Shown one piece after another: positions 21,567-30,804 of a DNA stretch of 30,804 nt. This DNA is from Emiliania huxleyi CCMP1516 (taxonomy: Eukaryota), in contig NW_005201851.1 in the NCBI RefSeq assembly GCF_000372725.1, positions 91,683 through 122,486 of the forward strand, written 5' to 3'. Made by a program: the position numbers and the translations under genes. How positions within the stretch are numbered: position 1 is the first letter of the stretch; each line of letters opens with the position of its first letter. The notes below the pieces were generated by a model that did no database searches, had not been told where the DNA came from, and saw nothing but the letters and a program-made list of their open reading frames with translations.

Positions 21567-24500
21567 CTAACCGTCACAAGCGCTTATCGTGGCATCGGCA
21601 CGAACCGTCCCTCTGTCTCTCGCACTTCGACTTCCCCTAAAAACCCCGCGCGGACACATGCGCTCCTGGCATAGCGCGCCCGCAGGCGCTACCGCGCCCC
21701 CGAGGTGGCGGCGGCGGGCCCCTCCGCGCGGACCCCATCCGCGCCCGCCGCCCCAGCCTCTTCCTCCTCCGCCGCCCCCGCCGCCGCCGGCGGCGCCGCC
21801 TCCGCCCTGCCCTCCCCAGCCGCCCCCGACCACTCCGCCAGTCCCGCCCCAGCCGGCACCGCCAGAGGTGTGAGTCGCTGCGGGCCTCTGCCGCGGCTTG
21901 AAGGCCTCCACCTGGAAAGTGCCAATCATCACTGTTACTGAATGTGGTGTCAAAAGATATGATTCGAGCTTGGAGGCCTCCACCTTGAAGTGCTTGATCG
22001 CCTCCTCGAGCGTGTTGAAGGCGACGTCGCGGTACACGAACCCCGCCGGCGACACCTTGATCGCCTCGCGGTGCTTCCGCCCCTCGGCCCGCACCACGTA
22101 GATCACCACCGTCGTCGCGTCCTTCTCGTACAGCGCGAGCGCGTACGCGATCATGTCCGAGTTTGCCTTCTCGCGGTTCAGCCGCTCGACCACCGCCTCG
22201 GCGGAGAGCTCCGGCGCGAACTTGCGGTGCCCCGTCACCTGAGGACAAGTCCGGGACACTTCGAGGACAGGTCCGGGACACTTCTCCACGCACACGAGGG
22301 TGGCGGGGGCAAGGGCCGGGCAAGTCCCTCGCGGCTCCTCGTCCAACAGACAGGCGCTGGTACCGCACTCAAAGTGGGTGAGGTGTGTGCGTGGGTGTGT
22401 GTGTGCGCGTGCGTGCGTGCGTGTGTGCGTGTGTGCGCGTGCGTGCGTGCGTGCGTGCGTGTGTGCGTGTGCGTGTGCGTGTGTGCACGCGTGTGCACGC
22501 GTGTGCGCGTGTGTGCGCGCGCGTGCGTCACCTCGCGCATGTTCTCCACGAGCGGCTCGACGTAGCGGTACAGAATCTCGTCGAGGTCGTCGAAGCGGTC
22601 GCCCTGCTTGCTCGCGTCGCTCTCGACGCGGCCGATCCACAGCGACGCGCCTACTCTCGGCCAACCTCGGCTCGCACCTCGCGCGCAATCTCGGGCAATC
22701 TCGACGCGGCCGATCCACAGGTACGCGCCGAGCTCCGCGGGCGACGGCTTGTCCTTCTCGAGGATGTCGACGTGCAGCAGCGGCCCGTGCGCCGTCAGCT
22801 TGACGGTGGCGGTGAGGTGGTCCGCGCGCGACGAGGGGCGAAACACGGTCTCACCGACCGGCATCGCCGCCAAGAAGGCGCGCACCTAGGGAAGGGGAGC
22901 CGACGCAAGGTGGGGGGAGGGCCCCACGGCCGACGCGTAAGAGGGGGCGTCGCCGCCAGGCAAGGAAGCCAGGGCACCGCGCTCCAGCTCGCGCGTCCCG
23001 ATCTAGGAAAGGTCTGGGAGAGGTCTAGGAGAGGTCTAGGAGAGGTCTAGGAGAGGTCTAGGAGAGGTCTAGGAGAGGGCGCGCTCTCCTGCTCGCGCGT
23101 CCCGTTCTTGAACTGAGGGTGCCCGACCCGCCGCTTGACAAACTCGCCGCGCGAGAGCACGGGCCTACTTCACAGCAAGAGGTGTGAAGAGACGCCGTTC
23201 ACAGCGGGGCTGGCTGTCGCCGCGCGAGAGCACGCGCCCCCCGCTCCGCTTGGCCGCCTCCTCGGCCGCCGCCTTTGCGCGCTCCTGCGCTAGGGTCATG
23301 TACTCGGCGCGCTGCAGCTCCTTGCCGGCGCACGTGGCGGTGCAGGTGTGGTCGACCAAGTTGAGCGTCTTGACGCGCACCTGCTCGCAGCGGCAGGTGT
23401 GAAGAGACGCCGTTCACAGCCATCGGCTGGGCGGCGTGCCGCGCGCCGAGATGAGCTGCCCCTCGCGCACCGGCATCACGACCTGTTCACAGCAACGGGT
23501 GTGAAGAGACGCTGTTCACAGCTGCCCCTCGCGCACCGGCATCACGACCTGTTCACAGCTGCAGGTGTGAAGAGACGCTGTTCACAGCTGCCCCTCGCGC
23601 ACCGGCATCACGACCTGTTCACAGCAACGGGTGTGAAGAGACGCTGTTCACAGCTGCCCTCGTGCACCGGCATCACGACCTGTTCACAGCAACGGGTGTG
23701 AAGAGACGCTGTTCACAGCTGCCCCTCGCGCACCGGCATCACGACCTGTTCACAGCTGCAGGTGTGAAGAGACGCTGTTCACAGCTGCCCCTCGCGCACC
23801 GGCATCACGACCTGTTCACAGCAACGGGTGTGAAGAGACGCTGTTCACAGCTGCCCTCGTGCACCGGCATCACGACCTGTTCACAGCAACACGTGTGAAG
23901 AGACGCTGTTCACAGCTGCCCCTCGTGCACCGGCATCACGACCTCTGGCCCGCCCGCGCCGTCGCGGCGGGGCAGCCGCCTCTGGTCGGAGAAGTCCTCC
24001 TCCTGGATGGTGCCTGTTCACAGCCGGAGGTGTGAAGAGACGCGGCCTCACGGCGACACGCCCCTCCTCCTCCTGGCTGGTGCCCGTGACGCCGCACTGC
24101 AGCCGGATGTGGAACTGCATCTGCCCGTCCTTGAGGCCGCGGTTGTCCGGCCGCACGATCGCCGCCTGCGCGATGAGGAACCTTCTCGGAACCTTCTACA
24201 CACCTTCTACGCACCCTCTAGGAGCCCTCTAGGTTGTCCGGCCGCACGGTGGCCGCCTGCGCGAGCGTGCCGCCGCGCAGCAGCAGCGGCTCGCCTAGAA
24301 GGTTCGTAGAAGGTTCGTAGAAGGTTCGTAGACGGCCCCTCCCCTCGCGCAGCAGCGACGGCTCGCCCGCGTGCGGGTGGCCGGGCGGGTAGATCTCGTG
24401 CACGTCGTAGTCGTCCCCGTGCAGCGTGCTGAGCGTCTCGGCGGTGAGGAGCTCGAAGAGCCGCTCCTAGTCGTCAAGGAAGAGGGGGTGAGTCCACGCC

Positions 24501-27500
24501 TCCATTCCTCACGCGGAGAGGAGCTCGAGGAGCCGCTCCTTGTCGAGCGGGCCGTGCTCCCAGAGGGAGGACCAGTCGCCGCGCTTGTCCTGGAACGGGT
24601 GCAGCAGCTCCACCCGCAGGTCGGTGAGCGTGGACAGCATGTACTTCTCCCCCTCCTGCTTGCGCAGCCCAGCCGCTGTCAGTCTCTCATGAACTGATTC
24701 ACTCACTCATGGAGTCCTCCCCCCCCCGCCTGGTTGTGCAGGTAGTCGTTGTAGTCCGTCAGCTCCAGCTCGTCCATGATCTGCGCCTGCAGGAAGGTTC
24801 CAGGAAAGGTCTAGGAACGGTCCGAGAAGTAGCTCGAGCTCGTCCATGATCTGCGCCTGCAGGAAGGCTCCAGGAAAGGTCTAGGAACGGTCCGAGAAGT
24901 AGCTCGAGCTCGTCCATGATCTGCGCCTGCAGGAAGGTTCCAGGAAAGGTCTAGGAACGGTCCGAGAAGCAGCTCGAGCTCGTCCATGATCTGCGCCTGC
25001 AGGAAGGTTCCAGGAAAGGTCTAGGAACGGTCCGAGAAGCAGCTCTAGCTCGTCCATGATCTGCGCCAGGTTTGGCGCGCGCATGGCCACGTCGACGGCG
25101 GCGGCGAGCCGCTCGGGCGTCTCCGCCTCCTCCTCGGCATCCACGTCGGTCATCGCGTCGAGGCACCTGGTACCGCGCCTCCCGTGGTACCGATCCCGGT
25201 GCGGGGGAGGTCGGTCCCGCGTGGGCGGTGCGGTGCTCACATCTTGCGCGCGAAACGGTAGTCGTCCGGGTGGATTCGCATCCCGTCGAGCCCGGGGGGC
25301 TGCCGCGGCTCGCCTAGACAAAAGAAACACAGGCCGCCGTCTAGGAACGACGTCCTTGCAGCCGAGGCTGGGGGGGGCTGCCGCGGCTCGCCTAGACAAA
25401 AGAAACACAGGCCGCCGTCTAGGAACGACGTCCTTGCAGCCGAGGCTGGGGGGGGCTGCCGCGGCTCGCCTAGACAAAAGAAACACAGGCCGCCGTCTAG
25501 GAACGACGTCCTTGCAGCCGAGGCCGGGGGGGGGCGGGGCGGCCGCGGCTCGCCGGGCTCGCGAGGCGGCTCAAACTTGAGGAAGCCCACCTGTTCACAG
25601 CTGCAGGTGTGAAGAGACGCCATTCACAGCAGGGCCGTCCTTGAGGCGCAGGCTCGAGGAAGCCCACCGCGTTTGCCCACACACAAGGCCCGAGCAGCTC
25701 GTGCAGCCCGTCCCGGCTCGTGATCTCGTGCTTCCCGCCCTGCGCGCGCCGTGCCAGCAGCTCGCGGCGCAACGCGGCGGCCTAGTACCGCACCACCCCC
25801 CCTCAGAGCGGTCGACCCCGGTGTGGGTTCGGTCCCGTGGGCGGTGCGGCATCGCCTTGCGAGGTCCGAGCCCTGGGACGAACTGGAGGGCTGCGCCGCG
25901 GTGCGGGTGCGTGAGCGCCTAGAAGGCTCCTAGAAGGCTCCTAGAAAGTTCCTAGAAGGTTCCTGCCCCGCGGTGCGGGTGTGTGAGCGCCTCGAGGACG
26001 GAGACGCCCCGCTGGCAAGTCGCGTCCACCAGCTCCGCCTACTCTCGCGCACATCTCGCGTGACCTCGCCCCCCTCCCCCCCCCTCGCTCGCGGGTCGCG
26101 TCCGGTCGTCATCGCCGAGAGAGCGGCGCGCAGCAGCGGCTCGGGCAGCTCGCCGACCAGCGGCGAGAGAGGCAGCTGCGTCAGCTCGAGCCCGGAGGGG
26201 GAGAGCATGTGGCAGACGGACTCGAACGGGTCCTGCGAGGGAGAGCGGCGACCGCAGATCTCGCCGCGATCTCGCCCTCTCGCGGCATCTCATGTGAATC
26301 CCGGCCGCGGGGAAGCTCGGCGACTCTCGAGGACTCTCGGCGAACCTCGGCGAACCTCGGGGCATCTCGGCGAACCTCGGGGCATCTCGGCGAACCTCGG
26401 GGCATCTCGGCGAACCTCGGGGCATCTCGGGGCATCTCGGGGAACCCTGGGGAACCTCGGCGAACCTCGGGGCATCTCGGCGAACCTCGGGGCTTCTCGG
26501 CGAACCTCGGGACATCTCGGCGAACCTCGGGGCTTCTCGGGGAGCCCTGGGGACCCTCGGCGAACCTCGGGGAACCTCGGCGAACCTCGGGACATCTCGG
26601 GGAACGTCGGGGCTTCTCGGGGAACGTCGGGGCATCTCGGGGAGCCCTGGGGAACCTCGGAGCATCTCGGCGAACCTCGGCGAACCTCTCGACGACTCAG
26701 CGCCTGCACGTGCCGCTAGACCTCCCCACATCTCCCCACCATCTCCCCAGATCTCGACCTGCACGTGCCGCGCGAGCGCCAGCGCGATGCACTGCGTCGG
26801 CGTGAGGTCCGGCAGCTCCGCGCGCGCCGCCGGCCTCACCGCCCACATGCGCGGCAGCGTCTCATCGGCAAAGTGAACCTGCGGTCACGGCGGGAGGTGT
26901 GAACAGAGGAGGTGTGAACAGAGGTGTGAACAGCGTCTCATCGGCAAAATGAACCTGCGGTCACGGCGGGAGGTGTGAACAGACGCCGTCCACGCGCGAG
27001 GGCAGCGTGCTGCGCGGCTCGGTGGGGCGCCGAGAAGGGCTTCCAGCCCGCAGGCCGCTCGTCGGAGGCGGCGAGGTCCGCCTGCCGCGCACGCAGCCGT
27101 GCAGCTGTGAAGAGGCGCTGTTCACACCTGCAGCTGTGAACCGAGGCGGCGAGGCCCACCTGCCGCACGGTGCCGTGGCCCGACGGGTCGTTGCAGCCGT
27201 CCAGCTCCTTTTGCCTGTCCAGGAGCGGTCCAGGAAAGGTCTAGGACAGGTCGAGGACGGGCCGGTGCAGCCCTCCAGCTCCGTCTGCCTGTCCCAGCCG
27301 TGCCGGTACAGCTCGTGCGCAAACGCCTCGCCGTCCGTGCCCTCGGAGAGGGAGTCGCCGGCGCGGTGGTGCCAGAGCGCCTCCCACCCATGCTTAACCA
27401 CCTCCTCCCGGCTTGGGTGGCTCGGTAGCGGCGGCTGCGGCTTGCGCTCGCGCGGCGCGGTGAACTTGCGCCGCAGCGCCATCGCCTCGGACACGAGGGA

Positions 27501-30500
27501 GAGCTCGTCGAGCACGCGCCTAGGAGTGGGGCGAGTGCGCCGCAGTGATGAGTCGCGCCGCACTCGCTGCCAACGGGCTCGGGGGGAGCGGCTCGTCGGG
27601 CACGCGCTTGCACTTGAAGTCGGTCGCTGAGAGCACGACCGCCTCGACGCGCGTCGCCTGTTCACAGCCGCAGGTGTGAACAGGCTGTCTTCACGGCTGT
27701 GAACGACCGCCCCGGGGTCGGCTCGCCTCGAAGAAGTCCTCCAGCCTCGCGAGCTCGGCCAGCTTGGGCTTGGCCTGGTCGAACGAGAGGGCTGGGAGAG
27801 GAGAGGGCTGGGAGAGGTCTAGGAGAGGTCTAGGAGAGGGTCCAGGAGAGGTCTAGGAGAGGTCTAGGAGAGGTCTAGGAGAGGTCTAGGAGAGGGCTAG
27901 GAGAGGGTCTAGGAGAGGTCTAGGAGAGGTCTAGGAGAGGGCTAGGGGAGGGCTAGGAGAGGTCTAGGAGAGGTCCAGGAGAGGTCTAGGAGAGGTCCAG
28001 GAGAGGGCTGGGAGAGGGCTAGGAGAGGGTCCAGGAGAGGTCCAGGAGAGGGTCCAGGAGAGGGCTGGGAGAGGGCTAGGAGAGGTCCAGGAGAGGGTCT
28101 AGGAGAGGGCTAGGAGAGGGTCCAGGAGAGGGCTGGGAGAGGGCTAGGAGAGGGTCTAGGAGAGGGTCCAGGAGAGGGTCTAGGAGAGGGCTAGGAGAGG
28201 GCTAGGAGAGGGTCCAGGAGAGGTCCAGGAGAGGGTCCAGGAGAGGGCTGGGAGAGGGCTAGGAGAGGTCCAGGAGAGGGTCCAGGAGAGGGTCCAGGAG
28301 AGGGCTAGGAGAGGGCTAGGAGAGGGTCCAGGAGAGGTCCAGGAGAGGGTCCAGGAGAGGGCTGGGAGAGGGCTAGGAGAGGTCCAGGAGAGGGTCCAGG
28401 AGAGGGCTGGGAGAGGGCTAGGAGAGGGTCTAGGAGAGGGTCCAGGAGAGGGTCTAGGAGAGGGCTAGGAGAGGGCTAGGAGAGGGTCCAGGAGAGGTCC
28501 AGGAGAGGGTCCAGGAGAGGGCTGGGAGAGGGCTAGGAGAGGGTCTAGGAGAGGTCCAGGAGAGGGTCTAGGAGAGGGCTAGGAGAGGGCTAGGAGAGGG
28601 TCCAGGAGAGGTCCAGGAGAGGGTCCAGGAGAGGGCTGGGAGAGGGCTAGGAGAGGGTCTAGGAGAGGGTCCAGGAGAGGGTCTAGGAGAGGGCTAGGAG
28701 AGGGCTAGGAGAGGGTCCAGGAGAGGGCTGGGAGAGGGCTAGGAGAGGGTCCAGGAGAGGGCTAGGAGAGGTCTAGGAAAGGTCTAGGAGAGGGTCTAGG
28801 AGAGGGCTAGGAGAGGGCTAGGAGAGGGTCCAGGAGAGGGCTGGGAGAGGGTCTGGGAGAGGGTCTAGGAGAGGTCTAGGAGAGGTCCAGGAGAGGGCTA
28901 GGAGAGGGTCCAGCAAAGGTCCAGGAGAGGTCTAGGAGAGGTCCAGGAGAGGGTCTAGGAGAGGTCTAGGAGAGGTCTAGGAGAGGGTCTAGGAGAGGGT
29001 CTAGGAGAGGTCTAGGAGAGGGTCTAGGAGAGGTCCAGGAGAGGTCTAGAGANNNNNNNNNNNNNNNNNNNNNNNNNNNNNNNNNNNNNNNNNNNNNNNN
29101 NNNNNNNNNNNNNNNNNNNNNNNNNNNNNNNNNNNNNNNNNNNNNNNNNNNNGGGGGGGGGGGCACGCAGGTGTCTGGCGCACCTCCCCGTGCTCGTCGA
29201 TGGCAACCAGCGTCACGGCGTTTGTCTCGACGTCAAGAGTGGCGCCTGGCGGCGAGGGCGGCCACGCGTCAAGACTCTCAGACGCCACGCCTCCGATCTC
29301 GACGTCAAGGGTGGCGCCGGCGACGCGCGCGGAGCGAGGGTAGTACTGCATCGCCGCCACCTGTCCACAGCGTCTCTTCACACCTCTGCAGCCTGGGAGC
29401 GGGTGCAGCGCTGCATCGCTCGCAACCCTCGCGCGATGCAGCGCCGGGTCGGCCTCCTCCTCCCTCGTCCAGCTCTCCGCCCACGGACCGTGGCCGCACT
29501 TTGCGGGCCACCACGCCTCCGCCTCCTCCTCGCCGCCGCGCCCCTTCTTCTTCTTCTTCTTCTTCTTCTTCTTGCGCCCCGCCTCGTCGGCGTCGGCGGG
29601 CGGCCTGTAGGAGAAGGGTCTCAGAAAGTTCCTAGAAGGCTCCTAGAAGGCCCCGCCTCGTCGGCGTCGGCGGGCGGCCTCAGCGGAGGTGCAAGGAGGA
29701 GCCGCCGCAGCTGCGCCGCGCAGTACGAGGCGAGCTCTGCCTGCAAGTCAACCCTCTCCTCGTAAGCCCACCACTCCTTGCCGCTGGTGGAGCCGTTCGA
29801 GCGAGGCCCCAGCTCCGCCTGCGCCTCCCGCATCGCCGCTTCGAGCAGCTCGGCGAGCAGCTTCGGGTAGACGAGCCCGCGCAGCGCGCGCCGCAGCACC
29901 TGGCACACGGGGGAAGAGGAGTGCCTCGGAAGTGTCTCGGAGGTGCCTCGGAAGTGTCTCGGAAGTGTCTCGGAAGTGTCTCGGAAGTGTCTCGGAAGTG
30001 TCTCGGAAGTGTCTCGGAAGTGCCTCGGAAGTGTCTCGGAAGTGTCTCGGAAGTGCCTCGGAAGTGTCTCGGAAGTGTCTCGGAAGTGTCTCGGAAGTGT
30101 CTCGGAAGTGCCTCACCTCCGTCCGCTGCTCGTTCCACGCGTCGCCCGTCTCCGTCCCCTCCGTCGACAGGAAGCACGAGCAGCAGAGCTGCAGCAGCGC
30201 GTCCTCCGCCTCGTCGGGCGGCGCCAGCTCCATCGTGAAGAAACCCTCCTCCGCAGCCTTGCGACAGAGCAGCAACTGTTCCGCGCGCGCCGCCGCGCCG
30301 CCGCCGCCCAAGCCGCCGGCGAGCGCCGCCGCCTCCCCTCCCTGCACGCGGAGGGAGCGCAGCTCGCGCCCTCCCCCCTCGATCGGCACGCGCCGGCCAC
30401 TGACCTGCGGACGCGGCAGCGGCGTGTCGTGGACGTGTCGCGGACGTGGACCCCCCCCCCCCTCCCCCCCCCCAGGCGGCAAACCGGGTCCATTCGCCCT

Positions 30501-30804
30501 TCGGCGAGCTCGACGAGCTTGTAGAAGCGGTGGGCCGGGTCCACCTGTAGGAGAAGGTTCCTAGAAGGTTCCTAGAGGGCTCCTAGAAGCTTGTAGAAGC
30601 GGTGGGCCGGGTCCACCTCCCTCTCGCCGCGCGGCGTCGGCCGGACCACCAGCCGCGCGCACCCCTATGGTGGTGATGAAGTAAGAAAGACTGGCCATGC
30701 GGTTGGGAAGGGTAGCTACAATCTGCCTCTCTCCCTCTCTCCTGCAGGTGCGCGCGCGCGCGGCGGCGGAACTGAGGCTCGACGGCGAGCTGCTGCGCGA
30801 CGCC
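21567..30804 (-). CDS. SPT6: Transcription elongation factor / histone chaperone SPT6, 3' part, more than 25 exons; starts beyond the window, exact stop uncertain
   Basis: Spliced motifs in the expected order: QLAVEPQFRR..VRPTPRG..VDPAH; CRKAAEEG..AWNEQRTEVLRRAL..YPKL; HhH region LGPCVWANAVGFLKF..LDGMRIHPDDYRFARKMCLDAM; ELLHPFQDKR; S1 region; tandem SH2 HPQFKN..VFRPSSRADHLTATVK..FDDLDEILYRYVEP..HRKF..LEEAIKHFK; Gly/Trp-rich tail. Confidence 0.93.
22383..22527. repeat. Intronic (GT/GC)n microsatellite in SPT6 intron 22531-22239
   Basis: GTGTGCGTGC-type repeat. Confidence 0.9.
23483..23942 (-). repeat. SPT6 intron made of 7 tandem 65-66-bp units
   Basis: ACCTGTTCACAG recurs at 23481, 23547, 23613, 23678, 23744, 23810 and 23875. 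Confidence 0.92.
24787..25066 (-). repeat. SPT6 intron made of 4 tandem 70-bp units
   Basis: CGTCCATGATCTGCGCC recurs at 24771, 24841, 24911, 24981 and 25051. Confidence 0.92.
25314..25553 (-). repeat. SPT6 intron made of 3 tandem ~78-bp units
   Basis: CGCCTAGACAAAAGAAACAC recurs at 25311, 25389 and 25467. Confidence 0.9.
26335..26690. repeat. Intronic 10-bp tandem repeat (CGAACCTCGG / GGCATCTCGG)
   Basis: About 35 units within a SPT6 intron. Confidence 0.95.
27785..29052. repeat. Intronic 11-12-bp purine-rich satellite (CTAGGAGAGGT / CCAGGAGAGGGT), running into N gap 29053-29152
   Basis: Continuous array of ~1.27 kb. The same unit occurs at 23003-23078. Confidence 0.97.
29920..30113. repeat. 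Intronic 11-bp tandem repeat (CGGAAGTGTCT) filling SPT6 intron 30116-29900
   Basis: About 17 units between a GAG|GTGAGG donor and a CCAG| acceptor. Confidence 0.95.

Noticed and set aside
23483..23942. CRISPR-like repeat/spacer periodicity of 66 bp
   Set aside because: The whole unit is repeated, so there are no unique spacers; it is a tandemly amplified intron.
25973..26848. Repetitive ORFs of 140-270 aa on both strands
   Set aside because: Derived from the intronic 10-bp repeat.
29680..30564. SEVSRKCLG / RHFRDTSE repeat proteins
   Set aside because: Translations of the 11-bp intronic repeat bounded by canonical splice sites.
30721..30804. Apparent + strand acceptor (TCTCCTGCAG|GTG) and exon VRARAAAELRLDGELLRDA
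   Set aside because: The minus-strand reading matches the SPT6 QLAVEPQFRR motif in the right order, which explains the segment better.

Overview
GC-rich eukaryotic DNA from a draft assembly, with N gaps at 16081-16996 and 29053-29152. The ~70-nt GC-AG introns and 10-11-bp intronic tandem repeats suggest a haptophyte such as Emiliania/Gephyrocapsa huxleyi (inference). Genes: the 3' end of an unknown + strand gene; a Cys-repeat ORF; a secreted astacin (M12A) metalloprotease on the minus strand, split by an 8.4-kb composite insertion that duplicated its CAG splice acceptor and carries a 5.75-kb satellite and a nested MITE; a secreted Cu-only-type SOD-like gene; an ankyrin-repeat gene cut by a gap; and the 3' part of an intron-rich SPT6 gene. 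Three non-autonomous TIR elements are identifiable. The most striking signal is in the introns: most SPT6 introns start with a 12-33-nt copy of the start of the next exon, so the GT, GC or GA donor usually matches that exon's first two bases. These introns are 66-78 nt or multiples of such a unit and are filled from a small set of shared motifs, which suggests a duplication-plus-filler route of intron gain. All alignments and identity counts were made by eye; no database search was run.
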